Source of the DNA: Podarcis melisellensis
Taxonomy: Eukaryota
Strand: one strand, 5' to 3'
DNA length: 64,000 nucleotides
NCBI GenBank assembly: GCA_964234715.1
Contig: OZ174284.1
Made by a program: the position numbers and the translations under genes. This document shows, piece after piece, positions 12,266-24,734 of the stretch (the first letter of the stretch is position 1; each line of letters begins with the position of its first letter). The notes under the pieces were generated by a model. It saw only the letters and a list, made by a program, of their open reading frames with translations, was not told the origin of the DNA and made no database searches.

Positions 12266-15210
12266 CCGTTTGTGTGTGTGCTGTATGTTTATATTAGTAT
12301 CTTGCTGTGCTGTCAAAGTACATGCCAGATTTTTATTTCTTTTTGTTTGGTACAAAGTGGTAAAACATGTATGTGTTGATTGTGGATTTATGGAGCCTGA
12401 GTAGAAAAAAAGTATGGTTGAGAATACACTTTCAGATTATCAAAATTTATACATGAAAAGTGTTTTTATATAGGAATTAAGCTACAACTACAGCCTGCAT
12501 GCTTTGTTTTATTGTTGTACATTCACTAAGAAGCTGCTGTCTAGGCTAGGGCACTGCAATACAGGTGTAATGGATGATCTCACCTCACTCTACTATACCT
12601 TGAGGTGGCACAGAGACACCACTTCAAAGCCAAATCCATGCACACTTAGGGGATGCGTGTATTTAGAACCATACTACAAGGGGCAACCTAGAAAAATAAT
12701 CAATTTCTTGCCAAAACACCTGTGTAGATGTTGCTTTATAGTGCAATGCTAATGAGTTCAATGGGGCTTACTCCCAGATAAGAGGTTATATAGGATTACG
12801 GCCTTAAACATCTGTTTATTAGAAAATAGGATGTAAGCCATTTAGATACATTTTTTTGTCCATTCAAAATAGGTGCAAGGTACATATACAAGTATCTTGC
12901 ATGATTTGATGGGCCACTGGTCTGATCCACCAGACTCAACAACTTTTGGGATGTCTTGGTTTTTACTCTTTGAAATATGGCAGCCCTATCTTACGTTCTT
13001 TCGGGTACTTATACCAATCCACTATATAATTATGATGCATTGTTTACAGAGTAGTTAAAAATGAAGCAAGAGCATAAACTTGGTTAGCACTGCTGGATGC
13101 TATCTTTACCTTCGCTTCCCAAGGCATGGCTTTGAAGTGCAGTATTTTATTTAATCTTTAACTGATCTCTGCCTAAGACCAGAGCAGGTGCCCAGGAAGG
13201 CAGATCAATCTTCCCTTTGGATTTACTACTCAGTCTAGCCAAGGAAATTGTAGTCTCCATATCAGAGATAAGGAAGCTTTGACTTGAGGGGAGGATGTGG
13301 CCATTCAGGCATCTCTGTCTGGCTCTTGGGATGCTTTCCAAGCTGTGCCCTGCCCTGCCCAGGCACACTGCTCTCTGTCTCTGCTCAGATCCTTCTTGAG
13401 TGCCTCTGCCTGGCTGTAATATATCCTTCAACTGCTTGCTGGGATGGAGAGATGTGTTTGTGTGAAGAAATCTCTGACTTCTGCATGTGGGCAGCAACGT
13501 AGCCTTCTGCATTCAGTGTTCCATTCAGTGACCTCCATAAGGTTTCCTATGAAGGAATGTGGACCTCAAGCTGGAAAAGGTCCCCCACCTCTGTCTATAT
13601 GCGGCTTATCAAACCTGGTGATAAACTAGAGTGATTTTACTTGATCTGACATTGGATACCCACCCCTAATCTTCTCTGGTGTAGCTACTGGGTAGAAGGT
13701 CAAAGGCATTTGAACATGATGGATATCTTTGTTTTCCCTCAAGACAAACAGATTTGGACACAGTAGAGTATGAGACTTTTATACTGGAGGCCTCCTTGAT
13801 ATGTGAAAACTGTTCTTCCAAACCAGGAGTTGATGCTGTCTTGTGGATTTTAGGTCACATTTATATCCACCCAGTTTAATGCTTGAAAAATGTGCAAGCT
13901 CCATTTGTATAGGTTTTAGCATAATACTAAAGGTTTTTTGTTGCACTTTTAAAATAATTGTAAGACTTCGAGAAAAGTGCTACTTTTCATGAAAGTGAAT
14001 AGATGAAACATCAATTTGTTGCTATTATCATGACATCAAGATTGTTTAATTGGGTGAAACTTTGTGATTACCATCCTTTTTTTCTTCTTTCTCAACTTCA
14101 ACCATTGTTTGGAACATTGCTTTGCGTTATCGGCCATCGTAGTAATTCTTGGTAGTGAAATTTCTCCATTTAAAGCCAGTATCTTTTTACTTTACTATTG
14201 AGGTCAACTTCATTATTCATAGAGCAAATAATGCTATTTCAAACCATTATGACAAATCTCCTTGCAGCCTTGCCTGAAGCAGTGGTGGTGAATAACCTTT
14301 GCAGCCCTTTAGGGAAGGGGAGGCTGCAAGAGTCCTAACACATGTCAATGCTAATGGAGATGATGGCGAGGCTAAGGTTGGACTATTTAAGCCTCTCCTA
14401 CAGCCTCTTCCATTCCTTGGCACACACCCCTTACTCTTTGTTCAGTATAGGCATTGCTAGTTGTCTTCTGGGACCAAGTAGGAATTTTTTGGCTTTGCTG
14501 ATTGACTTTTTTGCCTACACTGTACTGATTTGGTGGCTGGTGCTCTTAGCAAGGTGGCAGCCATTGAATAGGTTAATTGGCCACATAGGCCAAAATAATT
14601 AAGGTTTGCTGAGCCTCCTTAGGCACCTTTAAGAGTAACAGATGTAGTCCTGAGATTTGTCTTTGAGGCTGTGGGTAGGGAACACCTTTGGGGCCAACCT
14701 ATGAAGCAGCAAGGCCTCTCGACTCAACTGAAAGATGGAGCATAAGGAAAGGGGTAGATGAAATGCTGCTCCTCATTCTTAGTAGGGCTGGCTTGACCAC
14801 AGTTTGCCATATGCAGTTAATATCCCACACCATCCCCCCCCCCCCACTGGTCCATTTTAAAGGAATAAACGTGGCCTATTTCATACAACCTTGTGTCTCG
14901 CCTCCTTATTTTCCACTGTTGGTACAAATTGCTATTCCTAGCTGAATGTTTTGTTTATTGTAAACCAAATAAAGCTATTGAATAATATGTAACAATTCCT
15001 CACTGGAAACAAGAGTGGCAAAATATATAAACCAGAATAAATTTGTTAGTTATTAAGTTGCCACAAGACTGATAGTTTTGCTGAAACCAACAAGCACAAC
15101 TGCTCCTCTGGAAATTTTTGATGCTATGCACCACAGGGACAGGCAGAAGGACACACTCAAAATGTGACATAGCAGCCAAGAGGCCTTACTGAAAGTTGAG
15201 GATTCAGGTG

Positions 15211-15456
15211 CAGTGGTACCTTGGTTCCTGAACAGCTTAGTTGTCGAACAAATTGGCTCCTGAACGCCGCAAACCCAGAAGTAAGTGTTCTAGTTTGTAG
15301 ACGTTTTCCAGAAGCCAAACATCCGACGCGGTTTCCGTGGCTTCTGCAGCTTCTGATTGAGTGCAGCCAATCAGAAGCCATGCCTTGGTTTTTGACAGCT
15401 TCAGGAGTCGAATGGACTCCCAGAATGGATTAAGTTTGAGAACCAAGGTACCACTG
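15211..15456. mobile_element. Tc1/mariner (Tigger/pogo-like) MITE, family A
   Basis: TIRs cagtggtaccttggttc / gaaccaaggtaccactg; TA on the right, TG on the left. Confidence 0.85.
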
Positions 15457-16739
15457 TATTGCCTCAGACATCTGTCGTCAGCCTATCCAGCCTACAGATG
15501 AGACTTGATGGACAATGTATATAAAACACTGCTTTCTTTCATGTGCTGTAGAACATGGCAAAACACATTTATTGTAAAGTATTTTATCTGTGCTGTTTGG
15601 AATCAAGGATAGTGAATGTATAGGTTGGAACTATACATATTTAGTCAGAAGTAAATTAAAATAGGATCAACCTATAGCTACCCCGGGGACCAGTTGTTTG
15701 AAGAACGGTGTGCATATACATTAAGCATATAATGTAGGTCTTGCTAAGTTCAATAGGGTTTACACCCAACTAAGTGTGATAGGATTTTGGCATTGGTAAC
15801 ATAAAACTTGTAGGCCAGGACTGAACTGTTAAAAACCAGAGGGTTGGGAAAGCTGGAGTTATGAACTGTGTCACTTACTTTTCAAAAGTAGCTTTCTAGT
15901 AATTAGCTATATTAAAGCATACCTGATTCTGAAGTGTGCATTTTTTCTTTTGAAGAGTTGAAAAAATTGAGGTAGGAAATGCCCTGCAAGAAAGGTTGTC
16001 TGCATTATTTCAGTCATCCTGCACAATGCTTAAAAACAGGATCCAGTGACATAACCCTTTGCTATTTGCATCAAGTTGTGATTAAATTATGTAGTGGCAT
16101 AGCTCTAACCCATTTGCCAACTCTCATTGATGACTAAAAGACACAAGATAGGATTAGAAAACTCCAGAACGTCTTGTTGCTCAAGCATTTAAAAATGTGA
16201 TGCTGGTACCTTTAGAATACCTTTAGAATACTAAAATATTGTGCTCACAGTCACTCATATCCCCATAGTATTTTGGATTGCTTTGTTTGCTATCTGGTCT
16301 CAAGTGTTTCAGATAACATTAAGCATCAGTAGTGCAACTTAATTCAGACTACATGCCAAATCACAGTTAAAGAAGGTTTCCATCATGGTTTTGTGGCTAA
16401 CTGTGGTTTGTGATCCTAGTTCTAGCAACCCAGAATAGTTTAGGGCTACTCTCATTTTGACTCAAGAGAATCACCATTTTATAGTTCAAATTGGGAAAAA
16501 TAAATACAGTAAATGGACAAAAGTACAAAGATTCACAAAATGTTTAGGGGTATGCGAACCACTGCATCTCCCCCCCCCCAACAAAACTGGATATATATAA
16601 CAAAAGTGTGTTTTTGCTGTTGCCAATTTGCAGACTAATTTGAGCTATATGTATATCAAGGGCAGTGGAAAAGGGAGACCAAGGTTTGTAATCAACTAAG
16701 TCCTATTCAGAGTAGACCCACGGAAATAAATGAAACTAA

Positions 16740-16866
16740 GGACTCAGCTACATTTGTAAAAAAACCAATGTTTTTAATGTGTTATAAACCTGCAACACCA
16801 GATGGCACAGGAGGGTGTGTGTGTGCAATTTCTACATGGTGTTTTTTTCTTGTGTGTAGATCTACC
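16740..16866. mobile_element. Short palindromic element (ggactcagctaca family), copy 1
   Basis: Aligns by eye with 20147-20344 and 46244-46398; ends weakly inverted (..gctaca / tgtaga..). Confidence 0.55.
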
Positions 16867-19499
16867 CATAGCCATTAACTTCAGTTTGTCTGCTCAGAGC
16901 TGAATACCATGCAAACCATATAATTAAATATATACTGTATTTAATTATATATTGCTTATAGAAAGAACCATTCCAAAATATTTTTAATGGGTAAACTGAA
17001 CTTTTCTGAGGTGAATTTAAGTGCTGTCCTTAGGGTGACAATATATATCCTTCTGGGTTGGAGAAAACCCATATCCATACACTTTTCAGTCCTAAGCATA
17101 GCTGAAAGAAGCAAGTGTGATGGGAGATTTTACTTCTTCTTATTTTCTTTTAAACATTTATTCTTCTCTAAAAACTTTTTAAAGTACAGTTAAAAAGTAG
17201 ATTGTTATATGGGCCATTGGAAAAAATATATAAAAAGTCGGTGAAAGAATAATGTTGTATAATCTAAGGAAAATTCTGGCTGAGTGAAAAAATATCAAAA
17301 AGGTGCAGTAAAGTGAGGAGTTTCTACATCCAATTAACACCTCTGTACATTCACTGTTTTGGCTAGTTTACAATTAATAAATCATGATAGATCAGATTTG
17401 TTTATTTGTATCTAGTCATCAGACCACCACACAACAAAAGTTTAATAGTATAAGGTAAGCAAATAAATTCACCATATGTCATAAAGTTTATGATAACCTT
17501 ACCATACAGGGCCATTCTAATTAATAAGAATATCTAGATCACGGTGGCTAAGCTCAAGGATGCTAGCATTACAGAAATACATTTTAGTCAATTCTGTTTT
17601 CCTTGACACGTATAAATTGGCAAACTATGCTGCTTTTAAATACTGGGCCATCTTGTACTTAAATAAAGCACAACTAAACTAACGTGTTGCATTCCCTGTT
17701 TGCTAAATCTATATGCATTGTCAGGGTTGTGTGACTTTAAGGGGAGAGACTGAAAAAGTCATTGCATAGCATACACCCGGTATTCCTTTTTTTGTGGTGA
17801 CTGCTCTGTGGAAATGATATGTAAACTGACAGGGTGGTGTGGTGGGGGAAGGAAACTCCCTTTAAACTAGTAAAATGCAAGGGTCTGGCAGAGTGAAGGC
17901 ACCTTCAGTTTGGCTTAGTATCTGGAGTGCAGAGGACAATTGGCCTGACAGAGGGAGCCCAACTCCAGCTGTGAACGCGTGCGTGAAGCTGACCTTCCCA
18001 GTCAACATGCCAGCTGAGATTAGACTTCCTTCAAGTGTTCCCTTGTTAACTTAGCCTTTTTCCCCCAGTGGAGTTTGTCTTTCAAATGCTTACCATTAAA
18101 ATTGCTTACCCAGATCTGGAGCAACTTGGAAAGCTTTCTTTTTATACTCTCGGCAGCCTCTGCTCGCTATTGTTTAAAGAATGCAATTGTAATCATTTCC
18201 ACCGAAATCAGTGGGATTTGTATCCAAGTGAATAGGATGGAGGGGGATGTTAATTGTTTGCAGGCATTTAAAAATGCCATTTATGTTTCCTTGTTGTTGT
18301 TAATTTAAGGAATAGTGTTATCGTGATTGCTGAGGTCTTGAGGTGAGTTCCATTGTTGCCAAACAGAGCAGAATTCTTTGGGTTTGGGATTATGGTAACT
18401 GAGAAAGCTTGAGTTTGCACTACTGATCATGAAACAGATAAGGTCTGGGTGATTAACCCCCTTCAGTAACAATGCAGTGAATTTAAGCGGTAGAGGGTCT
18501 GGACTACAACTCAGCTGGTCAGGTCAGATCTATGGGATGCTACGCAAATGTCCCCAATATGCATGTTCATACAGAAACTTCTCTTCATCTAGGTAAGCAT
18601 GAGGCTTTATAATATTTAAAGGATACTTTCAAAATGGTCCAAAGTACTTTTAGACAGTGCAGAGCAGGGTCCTGGAAGTATGGATTGTGGAGGGGTACAT
18701 GGCCTGGGTACGGTTCAGAGGGCTGGACAGACAAGCCTGCAGGGCCTCATCCATCCCTGGGCCTGAGATTCCCTCACTCTAATTTATCGCAACCCTGGCT
18801 GTTCATGGCATGGTAGTTGAAGTCTGCAGGTATGCCTGCAGTTCACTGGGGATAAGCATTCTGTGTTGACTTAGGGCAGGCCATTTTGTTCATTATACCC
18901 AGAGGTGAATAATTGCCGTGTTCCTCTGCTGAACAAGGACAAGACAAAGCTTTATGAGCTCTGTGTAAAACAAATGAAAAATCAAATAGTGTACTTAATT
19001 ATTCATTCATTTATTGTTTTCAAAGCCCAACTATTAGCCACCATCATATAAACAGCAGTTTGTGTTGCCACAGCAACTGAAATGTAAATGCTGTGGTTTT
19101 TATGTGTTTGGATCTGTGCAGTTCAGTATATGTGGAACTGCAACTGAAAAGGGTCCAGAAACCTCATCTAGTTCAGGACACAGGGCATCAAGATTGTTAA
19201 CCAGGACCAGACAAGTTGAGAGCTTTGCCCCTGGTGGTCTTTTTCAAGCTTAGTTCAGAGTCATTTCACAACTTTTTAAAATAGGGTTATAAGACCTATA
19301 TTTTAAAGACAGCCTTTCAAAGCTGATGGAAATTTAAGTGTGAAGATACTGCTGTGAAATTATCTGGTCGTAATGTTTTATAATTGTCTTTATTGTGTTT
19401 TAGTATCCTGCCTCAAATGCAGGAGAGACATGATAGAATTATTTTAAATAAATAAATATGGATAGTTTGGGACTCCATTACTTAGAACATACTTTTGAT

Positions 19500-19915
19500 T
19501 TCTTTTTAGTCATTTAACAATATTTATATGCAGCTTGATTGTAAACATAACCTCTAAGTAGTCTACAAAAATAAAGCAAACATTTAAATCAATAGAAGGC
19601 AAAGTTTAAAAATTCATAATATAATTAAAATCAACAGTAAAGCTAAAAACAGGCTATTTATTATTTATTTATTAAATGTCTATACCTGTCTTAATCTGAT
19701 GATCACAGGGTGGTTTACACTATAAAAACACAAAAATAGATAGCATAGTAACAAGCAATAGTACCCCACCACACACACATAGTCCGTAGATGGTTTAATT
19801 AGCCAAAGGCTTGGGAGAAGAATGTTTTTGCCTGGTGCCTAAAGATCTGTAACAAAGTTGGCACGTTTCAGCTTCTACATGTCTGCATAAGCTTATCTGA
19901 ATGAAAAGGGACTTA
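19500..19915 (-). mobile_element. Nested L2-like LINE 3' ends
   Basis: A TTTA-type tail at ~19655 begins a segment closely similar to 41570-41770 (L2 3' end); it interrupts an older fragment similar to 37780-37990. Confidence 0.55.
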
Positions 19916-19928
19916 CAAAGTGTAGGTA

Positions 19929-20117
19929 CAGTTGTACCTCCGCTTACATATCCTTCCGGTTACATAAACGTCAGGATATGTGAGCGGCAAACCCAGAAGT
20001 ATATTTCCAGGTTTTTGCCACACGCGCATGTGCAGAAGCGGTCTCTCTAGTTGCAAAAACCTCAGGATCTGGCTGGACCTCCAGAACATATCCTGTCCGC
20101 AACTCGAGGTACCACTG
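19929..20117. mobile_element. Tc1/mariner MITE
   Basis: ta|cagttgtacctc ... gaggtaccactg|ta; TA TSD on both sides. Confidence 0.85.
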
Positions 20118-20146
20118 TACTTATATGCTAAAATGTTCATATCTTT

Positions 20147-20344
20147 GGGGACTCAGCTACATTTACTAAAGAAAAAGTGTTTTATATGCATTATAACACT
20201 GTGACACCAGGTGGCACTTTGGAGTTCCTTCTTTCACCAACGTGGTTTCCCACTTTGAGATTTACAACGCGTTTTCCTGAAACGCTTTTTTTTAAAATAA
20301 AGTTTTTTATTGAAACGCTTTTTTTGATGTGTCTAGATCCAGCC
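20147..20344. mobile_element. Short palindromic element (ggactcagctaca family), copy 2
   Basis: Similar to 16740-16866; followed directly by a CR1-type tail gggtcccttccaaatctacaattctattattct (20346-20378). Confidence 0.55.
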
Positions 20345-20389
20345 TGGGTCCCTTCCAAATCTACAATTCTATTATTCTAAGTGCAGAGC

Positions 20390-21620
20390 AAATATTATGT
20401 GACACCTGGACAGTGTCAGTTCCACAGACTGAAGCAGTCAAATTGGCATATATTGGGTAAGGGGATCTTGTAAGTTCCTGGTCCCAAGCTGTTGAGGACT
20501 TTATATATCTTAAGCTTGACCTAGTAACAAGTCGCAACCAGTGCAGGTCTCTGATCAGGTGTTAGATGCTGGACAGAGTCTCACTCCTCTCAGCAACTAT
20601 GCTGCAGCATTCGGTACAAACTGCAATTTCCAAACCAAGCACAGGGGAAATCCCACACAGAACATATTTCAGTAATCCAATCTCAAAGTCACCAGTGCCT
20701 GAACTACTGTGTTCAAGCTCTCCTGGTCTAGGAACAACCATAGTTGTTAAATCAGCCATGCCTGGTAAAAGGTGGTTCTAGGCACTGAGGTTTCCTGAGT
20801 CTCCAGTGACAAGGATTCAGCAGCACTTCCAGACTGTGTACCTGCAACCCCATCCAGGGCAGGCAGTTGACCAATTTTTCAGACACGGGAACCCTTCGCC
20901 CACAGTGCCTCTGTCTTACTAGGATTTAAGCTGAGCTTATTTTCTCTCATCTATCCCACCAACTGCATCCAGGCTGCAGTTCAGAGCCCATACAGCATCT
21001 CCTGATTCAGATGTTATGGAGAAACAGAGCTGAGTGTCATCGGTGCATTTCTAGCACCTTGCTCCCAAATGCCTAAAGACTTCCAGAGGCTTCATATACA
21101 TAGATATTTTTTAAAAGCATTGGGGATAAAATAGTATCCTGCAGCACCCCATAGCAGACTTGCCAGGGGGCCAACAAGCACCCTACCAATGCTACGGTCT
21201 GGATTCAGCCCTGTAGGTAGGACTGGAACCATAGGAGACCATTCCCAATGAAATATTTGAGCCTCCCCCTCACTTAATAGGCATTGTCATTCAAATGGTG
21301 TGTGTGTGTCACATCATGTGATCAATCATGCAGGCAGGGCTTACCTGCCCCCCCCCATATTTTATTCACGTTGGCACCCCTAGCTGTAACAGAGTGCCTC
21401 CAGTTCCCATCCACAGAGTCTGTGCAGGAAGATACTATGGTCTGTGGCATCAAAAGCCACAGGGAGATCCAGAAGAAAGAACAAGGACACACTCACTTTG
21501 TCCTAATTTCTTTAAAGATCATCCATCAGGTGACCGAGGATGACACAGTCCCATGGACCAGTCTAGTTTGGAATGAGCCTATATAATCCATGCCATCAAA
21601 AAATGCTTATAGCTACCTCT
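20390..21620 (-). mobile_element. Degenerate L2 LINE reverse-transcriptase region
   Basis: Reverse complement of 21437-21472 encodes LDLPVAFDATDH (RT motif LDLSAAFDTVDH); decayed YADDTQL motif near 21025-21047; multiple frameshifts. Confidence 0.75.
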
Positions 21621-22824
21621 CCGTAACCCTCTTAACCACCTTCCCCCCCAAAAGGGAGTATTTGCAACTGATTGATAGTTTTTTTTGCTATTCACAATTG
21701 AATCGTACATACATGAAGATTGAGATGCTCAAGACCCAAGTAACACATAGCAGGCTGCTTGCTTGTTTCCTAAAGGGATTCATCACTTGCTAACTATAAG
21801 AATCCACCATCACAAATTGTGACTCAGAATAATGATCTCCAGCCTATTTTATGGTTATGGTGGCACACTGAGGCTAAGATTCTATATCTGCTTACCTGAG
21901 GAAAGGTCTCATTGAACTTGGTCATGTAACTGTTAAAACATAGTCTCTCTCTTAGGCAAAAAAGTGGCAGACCTAGAGTTGGTTTATGACATAGAACTTG
22001 TGATACTCTTTCCACAAACATTTCCTTTTTTTTTCCAAAGTGATCCCCCTGCAAAAGTGTGCAGCTGAATGGGAACTCCTATCTGGCTCATAACAATTAG
22101 GCAAGTGAAATACAGGAAATGTTAGTTGAAGCAGTTCTCAAGTTTTGTTTGCTTTAGAGAGGAAGTGTTTATGATTTTTTCTTCTTTTCTTTTTAAAGAA
22201 ATTCAGTTGGTTGAACTACTTGGTTTGAAGCATTTGCACGTGGTCCCTTTGCTAGCAGCAATTCCCAAGATCATGGTACACAAGTAGCTTGGTTTTCTAC
22301 TCTTTAACACATTCAACCAAATATGTCCTTGCTACTTCTTAAACTGATGAAGATTAAAGACTTAGAGCTCCAAAGTTCTCATTGTGTTAGCTCTGAAGTA
22401 ATTGAATATATTCATTTAAAAATAAGAATGGAGGGGGTGGCGGACAGGAGGATGACTGTATGTATATAGATCAGGGATGATGAACCACCACAGATCTCAT
22501 TTTGGGTCATGAGGCCATTTCCCCCCAAACCATGCCACCTACCCCACATCTGACATCTGATGTCAGGAGTGGGCTAAGTATAGATAAAGCTTCCAATGCA
22601 CAATCCAGACCCCTAAAGTGCAAAGGATTTATATCACCAGCTATCAGAGGATAGGTGGTGACTTCAAGCCTGCTAGATCAGCTTCACTACCTAAGGTCCT
22701 GCAGGAAACAGAGCTTTGAGTCTCACCGTCTACCAGCTTATGGGTGGCACCTTCACGCCCCAGTTTTCCCTCTGTAAAGTATTATAGATTATTTATCCTA
22801 TCCATCAATAGCTTTGAAAGGTAG

Positions 22825-22945
22825 GCAAACTTGTGCTGTGGAGAAACTGAGTCTGAGAGATAGCGACTTGCCCAGGGTCCCCCATGAGCTTGTGGTAGAA
22901 TATACAGTTTGAACCCAGTTCTGCCATATGCAAATCCAGTAACTT
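22825..22945 (-). mobile_element. MIR-like CORE SINE fragment
   Basis: gagaaactgagtctgagagatagcgacttgcccagggtc..tttgaacccag, the typical antisense CORE-SINE signature. Confidence 0.6.
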
Positions 22946-23205
22946 ACCTGGGGGACAACATTGAATTAGGATCTTATCACTCTGCCTTTTGAATCCATGG
23001 CAGCTGTGGTTTCTGTCCATATTTCCTTCTGCTATATGTTGACATAGGCTCACCATGGAGTGAGTGTTTTGACTCACCAGGGAGTGAGTGTTGTTGTTGT
23101 TGTGTTTTGCACGCCAATCCAAAAACTGAATCCAGCTGTTTCATGATCAGATCAACTTCTGGTTCCACAACTGGAAGCTGAAATGTCCTTGCTGAACTAC
23201 ATATC

Positions 23206-23440
23206 TGTCACAAACCAAAAGTGTTTCAAAAGTTGGCCCTTGTTTCTGGACCAGCCTAATGACTTGTTTCGTTCTTCATTTTGTCACAAACCAAAAGTGT
23301 TTCAAAAGTTGGCCCTTGTTTCTGGACCAGCCTAATGACTTGTTTCATTCTTCATTTTGTCACAAACCAAAAGTGTTTCAAAAGTTGGCCCTTGTTTCTG
23401 GACCAGCCTAATGACTTGTTTCATTCTTCATTTTGTCACA
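23206..23440. repeat. 76-bp minisatellite, 3 copies + 7 bp
   Basis: Unit tgtcacaaaccaaaagtg...cttcattt starts at 23206, 23282 and 23358; one g/a difference seen. Confidence 0.95.
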
Positions 23441-24594
23441 TGTTGTCTTCATTTTGTTTACTTTTCCCCATGTCTCCTAGAAGTATCCTTGCTTTCTTGT
23501 CATCTCACCTTACTAGATATAGCCACAGGATCTTCAACCTGTTCAAATGACGTACTGGTCAACATGTTTCATAAAATATTGTCATTTTTTATTTCCCAAA
23601 GCTACACTATGAATTTGTTTTTAACATTTCAAATATAAATTAAATTAAATTGCTTTGTTTGCTTTATACTTTAGACAACTCAGTAGGCTGCCTTGGAAGT
23701 CCAGTCAATCCATTAACATTAAATCAACAACTTGAGCTTCCTTCTGTCTTCCTCCAGCAGGATTAATGGATTTTGGCATGATTGGGACATCTAACAGTAA
23801 AAGCTCTTGCTGGGAGAGCTAGGAAGCTTGACTAATTCCCAGCAGTGCTGACTTCATAAAGTTTTATTTCAAGGTTTTAAGTTTGATGGAAGATTAAAGG
23901 TAATGACTTCATGCTGATACCTTTGAGTGTGGAATACATGAACACCATTATCAAATATGTAGTGCAAAAGCTGCCTTTCTAACTGGAATATGAACAAGGA
24001 AGTTTTACCTATTACTCTACCGCATAAGACTTTTTGTATTTATTTGAAGCAAAACTCTTGTAATCTGTTAAGCAGTATCTTTTCCAAATTTTTGAGTCAT
24101 ACCTGATAGGTAATGTCAGACAGCCTGACACTTAGTTTCAATACCTGGCAGAGAGAGAACTATGTTTTGTTAAAAACAGTTTATGTTTTAATAGAAGAGC
24201 TGTTGATAATGTTCTTGTAACAAGACCATCAATTTTCACCAGCAAATCAAACTCTTATTAAAGCTTCTTCTCTCCCACCCAGACATTTCAGACTTGAGAA
24301 TGAGAATTCAGGAAAGACAACAAAAAGTTGGAGGGAGATGGAAAAATATTTTCAGCCTGTCTGACAAGACTGCATAAAAAGCTTGTGATCAAAGCATATT
24401 AAGTACATGTTACTGGTGTGACAAACAACATTTTTGTCCCTTTATTAGATTTATTTTTCTCTTCTGAAAACTGCAGTGACCAGTACGTATATAGATTGTG
24501 AAAGAAGGCTGGCAGGGTAGTATTCTTTGATTCCTAATTAACACCTTCGGTCTCAAAAGAGAACTAACAGAAATACCATAAAATGTTACAGCTG

Positions 24595-24734
24595 NNNNNN
24601 NNNNNNNNNNNNNNNNNNNNNNNNNNNNNNNNNNNNNNNNNNNNNNNNNNNNNNNNNNNNNNNNNNNNNNNNNNNNNNNNNNNNNNNNNNNNNNNNNNNN
24701 NNNNNNNNNNNNNNNNNNNNNNNNNNNNNNNNNN
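24595..24734. other. Assembly gap (140 N)
   Basis: Run of n. Confidence 1.

Noticed and set aside
14440-14600. Similarity to 36520-36690 as a segmental duplication or ncRNA
   Set aside because: Patchy identity (aataggttaattggc.acat) is better explained by an ancient interspersed repeat; family not identifiable.
23206-23440. CRISPR-like array or duplicated small genes
   Set aside because: Eukaryotic intron; units are head-to-tail without unique spacers.
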